DNA of 41,152 nucleotides from a virus (lineage: Duplodnaviria; Caudoviricetes), in IMG/VR virus record IMGVR_UViG_3300037424_000125, positions 1 through 41,152 of that record. One strand, written 5' to 3'. The notes beneath the pieces are model-generated. The model was given only the letters and a program-made list of their open reading frames with translations, made no database searches and was not told the origin of the DNA. Position numbers and translations under genes: made by a program. Of this stretch, positions 18,799-28,062 are shown piece by piece (the first letter of the stretch is position 1; each line of letters begins with the position of its first letter).

Positions 18799-19281
18799 AT
18801 GTCTCAGGTTACAATGATCGCCAAGACGGTCATCCATCGTACCATCAAGCCCGGCAAACCCGCCGACAAGGCGGCCGGTTTGCCGGCCGTGAAGCCCGAA
18901 ATCCAGATCATCCGGTCCGGGGCGCGGTTCAAGGCCGACAACTCTGCGAAGCTCCCCTCCGGGAAGACTGAATGTGAAGAGTTCGAAGCCCTCGGCGCGG
19001 CCGTTCGTTCCAGCGATCCTGAAGCTGTCGCCGAGGCCAAGGTTCGGGCTGAGCCTCCGGCCGAAAAGCCGAAGGACGAAGAGCCCAAGCCCGTTGACTT
19101 CTCGAAGATGACCGGAAAGACACTCGACGCCTACGTCAAGGCCAACAACATCGTGGTTCCGGACAACTGGCCGAAGATGCTGGTCGCCGACAAGCAGACG
19201 TTCCTCGCCGCGCCGGTCAAGGCTGAAGACGCCGACGACGATGACGACGCCGACGACGATGACGGGGAAGAACTGATCTGA
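18799..19281 (+). CDS. Hypothetical head-associated protein (gpFI position)
   Basis: 160 aa with GGAG RBS. Short N-domain ending EFEALGAA, a small helical module (DFSKMTGKTLDAYVKANNI) and an acidic tail DDDDGEELI. Confidence 0.75.
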   Translation: MSQVTMIAKTVIHRTIKPGKPADKAAGLPAVKPEIQIIRSGARFKADNSAKLPSGKTECEEFEALGAAVRSSDPEAVAEAKVRAEPPAEKPKDEEPKPVDFSKMTGKTLDAYVKANNIVVPDNWPKMLVADKQTFLAAPVKAEDADDDDDADDDDGEELI

Positions 19282-19652
19282 TGAGCCTTCGGGACATCAA
19301 AAATACGGCACGCCGGGCTTTGCATGACGCCATGCGGGTCCCGGCGTCCTATTACTCGAACCCGGTGACCTACGTCGGGACCGTACACGTCCGTGTGCAT
19401 ACGAAGTGGCTTCAGCAAGGCGACCTCAAGGGGACCAACCTCAACTACGCTGAGACCGAAGACAAAGCGCCCCGTGTACTCTTTTTGCGCGAAGAGGTCG
19501 ACAACCCGCCCCGTGGCGGTTACGTCGTCATCTCCGAGGATGAAGGGTATGTCATCGGGCAGACAGAACCGGTCGACGGATTGACCCAAACGGCGCAATG
19601 TGCCCCGATGACGGCGGCGCAGCTAGCCGGAAAAATTCTCCCCGATGGGTGA
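19281..19652 (+). CDS. Head-tail joining / head closure protein (gpFII position)
   Basis: ARRALHDAMRVPA.Y...VRVH. TGATG coupling and synteny. Confidence 0.75.
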   Translation: MSLRDIKNTARRALHDAMRVPASYYSNPVTYVGTVHVRVHTKWLQQGDLKGTNLNYAETEDKAPRVLFLREEVDNPPRGGYVVISEDEGYVIGQTEPVDGLTQTAQCAPMTAAQLAGKILPDG

Positions 19653-20265
19653 TAGCTGGGCGGTAATCGTTGATGGCTTGGCCGATCTGAAGTCCTTCGA
19701 CGGCGCGGATCGGCGCATTCGCCTCGCGGCCGCCAGAGCAATCAACAAGGTTACGCGGGACGGCCGGGTCGACGTGGCCCGCGACATTCGGCAGCAGATC
19801 AATTTCCCGGCCAGCTATGTTTCCTCCGGTCAGAAGCGGCTCTACGTTTCTGAGCAAGCCACGGCAGATAAGCTTCAGGGCAAGATCACTGCACGGGCCA
19901 GATCAACGTCGCTCGCTCGATTTGTACAGGGAAACCCCAAGCGCGGCCATGGTCTAAGTATCGAAGTGACGCCGGGCAAGGTCCGTTTCATGCGTCGGGC
20001 ATTCCTGATTAAGCTCCCGCAGGGCCGCGCCGACGTAGATACGAAGTACAATCTCGGGCTGGCGATCCGGCTCCGGGCCGGCGAGACGATCCGCAACAAG
20101 GCCGAGGTTCGTCGACTGGATAAAGGGCTCTACCTGCTATATGGTCCGTCCGTAGATCAGGTCTTCCGAGCGCGTGATGGGTCTGGTGTGGCCAGCGATC
20201 TCGCTCCCAGCTTGGTCGACGATTTGAGCGACGAGTTTCTGCGGCTCTTGGAGGTCTTTGGATGA
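19645..20265 (+). CDS. Neck / tail completion protein (gpZ-like)
   Basis: Basic protein: AARAINK...IRQQINFPASYV, TSLARF, LLYGPSVDQVF. Confidence 0.8.
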   Translation: MGDSWAVIVDGLADLKSFDGADRRIRLAAARAINKVTRDGRVDVARDIRQQINFPASYVSSGQKRLYVSEQATADKLQGKITARARSTSLARFVQGNPKRGHGLSIEVTPGKVRFMRRAFLIKLPQGRADVDTKYNLGLAIRLRAGETIRNKAEVRRLDKGLYLLYGPSVDQVFRARDGSGVASDLAPSLVDDLSDEFLRLLEVFG

Positions 20266-20768
20266 CGACGACGATCCCGCTCCGGCTTCGGATACTCTCG
20301 AACCTCACGGACGTGCTCAAAGAGATCACCACGGCCAACGGATACGCCACGGACACCAACGATCACGTCTATCGCGGTCGGGTGATTTTCGGCGACAATG
20401 ATCCGCTGCCCTTGCTCTCCATTCTCGAAGTCCCGATACCGCTCGATCAAGATGCGGTTCCCACGGACAGCGAGTTCTCGTCTGGCGGTTGGGAATTGAT
20501 GCTCCAAGGGTTCGTCGAGGACGACCCAACGAACCCTACAGACCCAGCGCATTACTTCATGGCGGACGCCAAGAAGCGGCTGGCGATAGAAAAGCGCAAA
20601 GCCTATGCAGACGAGCCCGAAGACGGTATCCTTGGGCTCGGGAACTTCATTACGGGACTGCGAATCGGCGCGGGTGTCGTTCGTCCGCCCGATGAGATTT
20701 CGGCTAAGGCATACTTTTGGTTGACGATCACCTTAGATATGGTGGAAAACTTGGCCGACCCGTACTAA
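20262..20768 (+). CDS. Tail terminator (gpU-like)
   Basis: LKEITTANGY, VYRGRVIFG, PTDPAH..MAD. ATGA overlap; precedes the major tail gene. Confidence 0.78.
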   Translation: MTTTIPLRLRILSNLTDVLKEITTANGYATDTNDHVYRGRVIFGDNDPLPLLSILEVPIPLDQDAVPTDSEFSSGGWELMLQGFVEDDPTNPTDPAHYFMADAKKRLAIEKRKAYADEPEDGILGLGNFITGLRIGAGVVRPPDEISAKAYFWLTITLDMVENLADPY

Positions 20769-20802
20769 GAGTAATCGCGGCCACTAAAACGAGGAAAGCA
20801 TC

Positions 20803-21945
20803 ATGGCGACGAAAAACTACACGCTTGGGCGCGGAAAGGTCTACTTTTCTCGCTTTGTGTCCGGGACCTACACTCCCGCAGGCTTCTTCTACATCGGCAA
20901 TACGCCGGAAATGAATTTGACCATCGCGTCGGATTCGCTCGATCACTACGACTCCGACGAGAGCGTCAAGGAACTGGACGATAGCGTGGCCTTGACCACG
21001 ACCCGTACTGGTTCGCTGATCACCGACAATATCGACCCCCGGAACGTCGCGCTGTTCTTCTTCGGGTCGAGCGTCACGCTTGCGCAGGCCAGCGTCGCTT
21101 TGGCGACCGAAACCCTGTCTGGTGTGTCGGCCGGCAGCAGCTATCAGCTTGGCATCACGGCCTCGAATCCGACCGGGTATCAGGGCGTCTCGAAGATCGG
21201 CTTCAACGTTGCGCTCAACGGTGCGACGCTCGTTGCCGCGACCGGGGTCTTGACCTTCACGGGTGCGGGGGCTGACGGCGATACGGTGACCATCGGTGGC
21301 GTCACCTACACGCTCCGTACCGATCCGGCCGTGGCTTACGATGTCGATATCGGCGCGGACCAGACGGGCACGGCGACCAATCTGGTCGCGGCCATCATGG
21401 ATAGCGGCACGGCGGGGACGACCTACGGCACCGGCACTGTTCAGCATCCGGACGTGAGCGCGGCTAACACGGCAGGTGTTTTGACCGCGACCGCGCTGGT
21501 TGAGGGGACGGCGGGCAACTCCGTCGCGACGACCGAGGCTTCGACGGTCGCTTCGTGGGCCGCCGCCACACTGACCGGCGGCACCGGCACGTCGTTTATC
21601 GAAGGCACCGACTATACGATGAACTACGATCTCGGGTTCCTGTCGTTCGTCGAAGGCGGCGCGATCACCAACGGCATGGACATCGACGTGGCCTATTCGG
21701 TTGCGGCCCACACGCGCGAGCGTGTGATCTCCGGTTCGGAGCCGGTGACCGGCGCGATGCGGTACATCGCCAACAACCCGAAGGGCACCGACTACGATTA
21801 CTTCATGCCCTACGTGAAGGTCTCCCCGAACGGCGACTATGCCCTCAAGGGCGATCAATGGCAGCAGATTCCGTTTAACCTGTCGTTCCTGAAGACCGCG
21901 AACGGCGAGGCGATCTATCTGGACGGCCGGCCGGCTTACTCCTAA
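20803..21945 (+). CDS. Major tail tube protein with an inserted ~115-aa domain
   Basis: NYTLGRGKVYF, YIGNTPE, NNPKG, V.VSPNGDYALKGDQWQQIPF. Insertion at residues 146-260. Confidence 0.9.
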   Translation: MATKNYTLGRGKVYFSRFVSGTYTPAGFFYIGNTPEMNLTIASDSLDHYDSDESVKELDDSVALTTTRTGSLITDNIDPRNVALFFFGSSVTLAQASVALATETLSGVSAGSSYQLGITASNPTGYQGVSKIGFNVALNGATLVAATGVLTFTGAGADGDTVTIGGVTYTLRTDPAVAYDVDIGADQTGTATNLVAAIMDSGTAGTTYGTGTVQHPDVSAANTAGVLTATALVEGTAGNSVATTEASTVASWAAATLTGGTGTSFIEGTDYTMNYDLGFLSFVEGGAITNGMDIDVAYSVAAHTRERVISGSEPVTGAMRYIANNPKGTDYDYFMPYVKVSPNGDYALKGDQWQQIPFNLSFLKTANGEAIYLDGRPAYS

Positions 21946-21971
21946 TTCCCCCCGTCGCTTATGACGGGCCT

Positions 21972-21998
21972 GCGCCGGGCTACGGCCCGGCGTGTTCT
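21972..21998 (+). terminator. C(UACG)G tetraloop hairpin after the major tail gene
   Basis: GCGCCGGGC-tacg-GCCCGGCGT followed by GTTCT. Confidence 0.55.
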
Positions 21999-22021
21999 CA
22001 TCCTGACAGAGAGAGTGCAAA

Positions 22022-22495
22022 ATGGGACTTCGAGACCTTCAAATTCCCACCGAGACCATTACGGTCAAAGGCGGGTCCTTCACCGTTCGCGGGCTATCGT
22101 TCGCCGATCTGATCACGCTGGCTAACTCCTATGGTCCGGAGTTGGCTCTTGCTTTCGGACGGATCACGGGTGCGCGCGAAACGCCCCTCACGGAAAAAGA
22201 TGTCAAGACGCTCATCCGAGACCTCGTTCCGCAGTTTCCGGCCTTGGTCGGCAAAGCCATTGCTCTGGCTTCGGATGATACGTCCACCGAAGCGGCCGAG
22301 ATCGCCTCGCGGCTCAATTTCCAGCAGCAAACGCGCGCGCTGGAAGCCATGTTCAATCTCACCTTCACCAGCGAAGCAGAACTAAAAAACTTCGCGGAGT
22401 CCATCATTCGGATGCTGACGGGCACAGCCGGGCTGATGCAGCAGGTGAGGCTCCAAGTTTCCGAAAGTGGCTTTGGGGACTCCGACGCAATGTGA
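22022..22495 (+). CDS. Tail assembly chaperone (gpG-like)
   Basis: FTVRGLSFADL. Lies between the tail tube and tape measure genes and contains a slippery site. Confidence 0.88.
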   Translation: MGLRDLQIPTETITVKGGSFTVRGLSFADLITLANSYGPELALAFGRITGARETPLTEKDVKTLIRDLVPQFPALVGKAIALASDDTSTEAAEIASRLNFQQQTRALEAMFNLTFTSEAELKNFAESIIRMLTGTAGLMQQVRLQVSESGFGDSDAM

Positions 22496-22761
22496 GCCTA
22501 TTGCTCGCTCACGGGCACCCGGACGCGCGCCTGTACCCACTCGGAATGCTGGGCGACGAATCGGCCTTGGTTATTGAGCGGGTCAATGGCAGTATCGTCA
22601 CCGACGCGAATCTACTTCAGTCCGCGATTGGCTCTATTCTGTCGATGAAGATGGGAACCCAATTCCAAGAACTGGTGGACCAGCTCAATGTCGAGACGCG
22701 GGTCTTAGAAGGCCAGCAAGAGTACGGGAGCGACCCCCCAGATGACGCGGAAAGACGTTGA
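22022..22761 (+). CDS. Tail assembly chaperone G-T fusion via -1 frameshift at ~22390
   Basis: The -1 frame reads LRGVHH...FRKWLWGLRRNVSLLLAHGHPDARLYPLG and runs into ORF 22492..22761. Confidence 0.82.
22384..22390 (+). other. -1 programmed ribosomal frameshift heptamer A AAA AAC
   Basis: In-frame CTA AAA AAC fits X XXY YYZ. The -1 frame is open to 22761. Confidence 0.88.
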
Positions 22762-25700
22762 TCTCGTAATCCGCGCGAAAGATGAAGCCGCCAATGTGGT
22801 CGACTCGATCACGGCGGCCATCAACGAGTTCATCGGAGCGCAGGACAAGCTCGGGACGAGCGCCGGTAAAACGAACAGCACCCTCGGGGCTCTCGGAACG
22901 GCGCTCGCCAAGCTCGACTCCGAACTCAAGGGGCTCTCCGGCGGCGACAGGATCACGCAAGAGTTCGACCGGGCTTCGGCCGCTGTCGGCAGGCTCAAGT
23001 CCGAACTCTCTGCGCTCGAAAAGACCTCGGCCGAGACGGCCGCGCAACTGGATCGCGCGACGTTCCAAACCGAGAAGCTGACGGCGAAGACGGCCGGTGC
23101 AGCCGCCGCGCAGGCCAAACAGCAAGCGGCCCTCAACAAGACACGGGCGGTGCAGAACGAGCTTACCGCCGCGCTCACCAAAGCGAACGCGGAGCGGACC
23201 CGGCTCGCGTCGGCCGAGGATCGCCTGTCGACGTCCATCGTCAAGCAGCAAGAACGTGTTGCGGCGGCGGCGCAGAAGTATCGGACGCTCTCCGACGAAC
23301 TGAACAAAACGGCCACCCCGACGCAGACCTTCCGGACGCGCGTTGAAGCGGCCAGCGTGGCTGTCGAGAAGCAGACGGCCAAGCTGAACGGTTTGTGGGA
23401 GCGCCTCGCGACTACCCGGCAAGGCATGGTGCAGACGGGTGAGGCCATCGCCACGCTGCAACAACGGTCGGATGCTGGGGCGGCGTCGTTCGCCAAACAG
23501 AGCGCGGTCCTTGCGAAGATCACGACGAACTACGAGCAGTTGAAGACCGCCTCGAAGGGCGCGGAACGTAACGAGAACTCTCTGGCTGAGGCCGCCGAGA
23601 AAACCGACGGGGCGCTTGCTCGGCAGGGCGAGAAGATCGTTCGGGCCGAGACCGAGTTGCAGCAATTCGCCGTGGCGGCCAACAAGGCCGACGCGGCTAT
23701 GCTCGAACTGGCCTCGAAGTCGGGAGCCGCGCTTCAGTCGTCGTTCGATAAACAACGTCGGACGCTGCTTGAGACCAAGCGTACGTGGGTCGAGCTTCAG
23801 GCTGAGGCCGGCAAGCTGGCCGCGCAGATCAGCCGAGTTGGCGTTCCGACTCGCGAGATGGCCGAAAGCTTCATCAAGGCGCGGGCCGGTGCGGCGCAAG
23901 CGAAACAGGAATACATCACCCAACGGGACGCATTGCATCAACTCTCCGGGGTCCTCAAGCAGACCGCGACGAGTGTGGAGGGCCTGAAGGCCAAGCAGGC
24001 GGCTTTTGTCGCCATTCAGGGGCAGACGGGCACAGCGCTCGCTCAAGTGCGTGAGCGGGCCGCGCAGGCCGCCCAGAGCTACAATCTGTTCTCGTCGAAC
24101 GTCAATCGGGCCGGCGTGCAGGTCAGTACGACCGGAGCGTCCATCCGGAGTGCCGGATCGGCCGCCGGGACCGCCGCAGCGCAGACCAACACGCTGGCAG
24201 CGGCGTATCGCAAGCTCTACGGTGAGTCTCGGCAGGCCCTTTCGTGGACCCAGCGTCTCCGCAGCGAGGTTCTGGCACTCATCACGACCTACGCCGGGTT
24301 CTACGCGGTCATCAACATCCTGAAGCAGACCGTGGATGCCTATCAGACGCTCCAATCGGCCCAGAACCGGTTGAACGTCATCAACACGGGCGACACCCGG
24401 AAGACGGCTGACGATCTTGATTTCCTGCGGCGTAACGCCGAGCGGCTGGGTATCCAGTTCGGCGTCATGGCGAACGAGTATTCGAAGTTCGCCGTTGCGA
24501 CGCAGGGGACAAACCTCGAAGGCGAGAAGACCCGGAAAATCTTCATCTCCGTTGCCGAGGCGGCGCGCGTCAACAACCTGTCGCTGGAAGATGTCAAAGG
24601 CACCTTCGTCGCGCTCAGCCAGATTGTCGGTAAGGGAACCGTCCAGATGGAAGAGCTTCGGCAGCAACTCGGGGATAGGTTCCCCGGTGCTGTTCGAATT
24701 ATGGCGGCGGGTTTGGGCTACGCGGACGATCAACTCGGGCAGTTCTACAAAGATATTGAGAACGGGCGGATCAGTAGCGACGCGCTGGTCAGCTTTGCCG
24801 ACGAATTGGATCGTCGGTTCAAGGCGCAGTTGCCGGAAGCTTTGAAGACCACGATTACGGCGCTCGGGCAGTTCCAGAACGCCGCGTTCGAGGCGTTGTT
24901 GGCCTTCGGCAACGCCGGGTTCCTCGAAGCCTTCACCAACCTGTTGCGCGATCTTACGGCGCTGTTGCGCGACGTGGACTTCCAGACGTTCGCGGGGCGT
25001 ATCTCTCAGGGGTTCGGCGTACTCACCAGCGCCATCGGGTTGGCGGTTCAGAACTTCAAGCTCTTGGTCGTGGCGGCCTCGGCCTTCATTGGTATCAAGC
25101 TCGCGCCCTTGCTCATTGCGCTCGCCGGTAGTTTCGTCCAACTCGCTACGCGGATGCAGCACGTCGGGACGATCATGGCCGCCACGCGCGCGTCGATGAT
25201 CGCTACGGCGGCGTCGTCCGAAGGCGCGGCAGTGTCGGTCGGGCTCGCGACGACGGCGTTCCGGGGGCTGACGCTCGCACTCCGGGCGTTGCTGTCGTCT
25301 ACGGGCATCGGTCTGGCGATCACGGCGATCTCGATAGCTATCGGCCTCTGGGTGACCCAGACGGACGAAGCCACGGTGGCCATGGACGAGCATCGAAAGA
25401 TGGTCGATGCCGTCAAGAACGCCTATGACGCGGCCGCCGGACAAGCTGGCAATTGGGCCGACGAAATCGCCCGTGGCAGTACCACGCAGGCCGTCGCCAA
25501 CCTTCAGAAGCTCCGGGATGCGCTGAACCAAATCCGGTCGCAGGCGAAAGCCCCGGTGGACGTGTTTGGAGTCGACACGGCCGGCACGGCCAAGAAGATC
25601 GAGATTTTGGTCGGGTTGTTCAAGGCCGGGAAAATCTCCGCCGAGGGTTTCAAGGCCGAAATCGACGCGCTCGCGCAGGCCGATCCGAAGCTGGATCGCG

Positions 25701-27685
25701 GCGTGGCCTTGCAGCTTTTGGCGGTCGCGGATAGCGCGGCCGAGGTCGAGAAGAATGTCAAGGAAGCCGAAGCTGTTCTCGCTTTGTTCAAGGACCCGAC
25801 CGACGAGGCCGCCAAGGCTGTCCTCGGGTTGTCGGACGGATCGGACAAGGCGGCTGACGCGCTCGACGAAGCGAAGAAGAAAGCCGAGAAGTTCCAAGAG
25901 GCGCTGGATGCGTTGAATGGGGTCGTGCCCGATCTCGACAGCAACTTGAGTTCGACGCTCGACAAGGCGCGGGTGAAACTTGATGCGGCCTATGAGTCGG
26001 CCGTGAAACTCGCGTCGTCCATGGGCGAAGTGAACGCGGCCACAACCGCGTACAATAACTCGTTGAACCAACTCTATCAGCAGGAAGCGGACAAAGCTTT
26101 CGGCGGGTTGGGTACCGGTCGAGACGTAGCCAAGAAACTCATCATGCAGACCGAGGGTTTCCAAGCTACGACGTTCACGGATACCGACGGACGGCCACGG
26201 GTTGGCTTTTCGTCCGATACGGTCACGCTCGCCGACGGTTCGATCCAAAAGGTCGTCGACGGCATGCGCGTCAGTGTTCAGGACGCGAACCGTGATCTCA
26301 ACCGACGGATCGAGGACATCTTCAGCGAAATCTCCGGGAAGATCGGGGCCGACACGTTCAATCAGCTTACGCCGCAGCAACAAGGCGCGCTGGCAAGTAT
26401 TTCGTACAACTACGGGGCTTTGCCCGACCGGATCGTCAAAGCCTTCCAGTCAGGCAGCAACGAGGTCATCACCAAGGCTATTCAGGCGCTCGGCCGGGAC
26501 AACGGAGGGATCAACCAGAATCGGCGGAACCTCGAAGCCGGGGTCTTCTCGTCCACCGGTAGCATCGAAAAGCAGATCGAGGCCGATCAGACGTACACCG
26601 AAGACCTGCAAAATCGTCTCTCGATCCAGCAGCAAGAGGCTGAGAACGCCGGGAAGATGACCCGCGAGGCCACGATCCAGAAGGCGCTCTTCGAAGAGAC
26701 CCAGAAGGCCCGCGCGGCTGGGCACGAGTTGACCAAGCAAGAGCTTGACACGATCCGGGAGATCACCGGGAAGCTCTACGACTCGAAGCAGCAGGTCACG
26801 GACCAGAAGTCCGAAATCCAGCAAGCCAATGAGGCGCTGTCGCAGGCGAACGCCTACTACTCCCAGCAGCAGGCGTTGATCAAAGAGATCAATGAGGCTC
26901 GGAAGGAAGGCGACGAGGGCCGCGTGCAAGAGTTGGGCACGCAGCTTGAGGACGTAAATCTCAAGCTGACTGAAGCCATTACCAATGCCGAGGGAATGTG
27001 GCAGGCGATTGGCGGATCGCAGGCCGATGTCGCGCTGACGAAACTCGACACGCTCAAGGTCAAGATGCATACGACGGCGCAAACGTCGTACTTGGACTGG
27101 AGTCGGGTCGGACAGTTGTTCGCCTCGGGGTTGACGAGCGCGTTCGATCAATTCGCACAGGCCGTGGCCGAAGGGCAGAACATCGGCGAGGCGGCTCGCG
27201 ACGCGTTCCTCAAGTTCGCGGCCGACTTCCTACGGCAAATCGCTCAGATGATCATCCAGCAGGCCATCCTCAACGCGCTGCGGAGCTTCGGGCTCGGCGG
27301 CGTCGCGGGCGTGGGTAGTGCCCATACGGGCGCGGTCGTGGGACGCGGATCGTCCGAACGACGGACAGTCGACCCAATGATCTTCATGAACGCCGCGCGG
27401 CTCCATAGCGGTGGCATCGCTGGTCTTCAGCCGGGCGAAGTTCCGTACATCCTGAAGAACAACGAAGAAGTGTTGTCGACGTCCGATCCGCGCAATATCC
27501 TCAATGGCGGCGCGGCGGCGGCCGGCGCGAAGAGCGATCCGGCGTCGATGGGCCTCAAGATCGTGAATGCCTTCGACACGGGGAGCTTCATCGAAGAGGC
27601 GTTGAACTCCAAGGTCGGTGAGCGGGCTTTCCTCAATTGGGTCAGGGCGAACCCGGCCGCAGTCAAACAGGCGATGAATCCATGA
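22742..27685 (+). CDS. Tape measure protein with an embedded lysozyme-like (GH24-type) domain
   Basis: 1647 aa, Ala-rich and helical. Tape-measure motif KGTVQMEELRQQLGDRFPGA and hydrophobic segments. Lysozyme-like region at ~26129-26548 (EGF...D..G, ALASISYNYG, RRNLEA). Confidence 0.93.
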   Translation: MTRKDVDLVIRAKDEAANVVDSITAAINEFIGAQDKLGTSAGKTNSTLGALGTALAKLDSELKGLSGGDRITQEFDRASAAVGRLKSELSALEKTSAETAAQLDRATFQTEKLTAKTAGAAAAQAKQQAALNKTRAVQNELTAALTKANAERTRLASAEDRLSTSIVKQQERVAAAAQKYRTLSDELNKTATPTQTFRTRVEAASVAVEKQTAKLNGLWERLATTRQGMVQTGEAIATLQQRSDAGAASFAKQSAVLAKITTNYEQLKTASKGAERNENSLAEAAEKTDGALARQGEKIVRAETELQQFAVAANKADAAMLELASKSGAALQSSFDKQRRTLLETKRTWVELQAEAGKLAAQISRVGVPTREMAESFIKARAGAAQAKQEYITQRDALHQLSGVLKQTATSVEGLKAKQAAFVAIQGQTGTALAQVRERAAQAAQSYNLFSSNVNRAGVQVSTTGASIRSAGSAAGTAAAQTNTLAAAYRKLYGESRQALSWTQRLRSEVLALITTYAGFYAVINILKQTVDAYQTLQSAQNRLNVINTGDTRKTADDLDFLRRNAERLGIQFGVMANEYSKFAVATQGTNLEGEKTRKIFISVAEAARVNNLSLEDVKGTFVALSQIVGKGTVQMEELRQQLGDRFPGAVRIMAAGLGYADDQLGQFYKDIENGRISSDALVSFADELDRRFKAQLPEALKTTITALGQFQNAAFEALLAFGNAGFLEAFTNLLRDLTALLRDVDFQTFAGRISQGFGVLTSAIGLAVQNFKLLVVAASAFIGIKLAPLLIALAGSFVQLATRMQHVGTIMAATRASMIATAASSEGAAVSVGLATTAFRGLTLALRALLSSTGIGLAITAISIAIGLWVTQTDEATVAMDEHRKMVDAVKNAYDAAAGQAGNWADEIARGSTTQAVANLQKLRDALNQIRSQAKAPVDVFGVDTAGTAKKIEILVGLFKAGKISAEGFKAEIDALAQADPKLDRGVALQLLAVADSAAEVEKNVKEAEAVLALFKDPTDEAAKAVLGLSDGSDKAADALDEAKKKAEKFQEALDALNGVVPDLDSNLSSTLDKARVKLDAAYESAVKLASSMGEVNAATTAYNNSLNQLYQQEADKAFGGLGTGRDVAKKLIMQTEGFQATTFTDTDGRPRVGFSSDTVTLADGSIQKVVDGMRVSVQDANRDLNRRIEDIFSEISGKIGADTFNQLTPQQQGALASISYNYGALPDRIVKAFQSGSNEVITKAIQALGRDNGGINQNRRNLEAGVFSSTGSIEKQIEADQTYTEDLQNRLSIQQQEAENAGKMTREATIQKALFEETQKARAAGHELTKQELDTIREITGKLYDSKQQVTDQKSEIQQANEALSQANAYYSQQQALIKEINEARKEGDEGRVQELGTQLEDVNLKLTEAITNAEGMWQAIGGSQADVALTKLDTLKVKMHTTAQTSYLDWSRVGQLFASGLTSAFDQFAQAVAEGQNIGEAARDAFLKFAADFLRQIAQMIIQQAILNALRSFGLGGVAGVGSAHTGAVVGRGSSERRTVDPMIFMNAARLHSGGIAGLQPGEVPYILKNNEEVLSTSDPRNILNGGAAAAGAKSDPASMGLKIVNAFDTGSFIEEALNSKVGERAFLNWVRANPAAVKQAMNP

Positions 27686-28053
27686 GCGCACTTTTCGGAG
27701 ATCGGGTCTACGACGCGGGCTTGAACGCCCTCGATACCGAGGCGAACATCCTTCACATTTGTACGGCCCAACCGACGACATACGCCGGGATCGCGGCAGT
27801 GAGCTTGGGAACCGCCACTCCGTCCATCGGCGCTCCGGCGGCCGCTACTCCCAACGGACGAAAGGTGACCGTGGCCGCCATTACCGGAACCGGGGCGATC
27901 TCGTCCTCCGGGAACGCCACGCATTATGCCATCGCCGATACGGTCAATTCGAGGCTCTTGGTCGCGAATACCCTCGACGCGTTGGTCGCAGTGACCGCCG
28001 GACAGTCTTTCTCTTTGCCGGCGTTCGACATTCGCTTGCCGGCTCCCGCGTGA
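27682..28053 (+). CDS. Small virion structural protein
   Basis: ATGA overlap with the TMP stop. Ala/Thr/Gly-rich, beta-type sequence (SGNATHYAI.D, F.LPAFDI). Confidence 0.7.
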   Translation: MSALFGDRVYDAGLNALDTEANILHICTAQPTTYAGIAAVSLGTATPSIGAPAAATPNGRKVTVAAITGTGAISSSGNATHYAIADTVNSRLLVANTLDALVAVTAGQSFSLPAFDIRLPAPA

Positions 28054-28062
28054 GGATAGCGC

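Noticed and set aside
22685-26383. 1232-aa ORF on the minus strand
   Set aside because: Antisense shadow of the tape measure gene caused by high GC3; no recognisable motifs.
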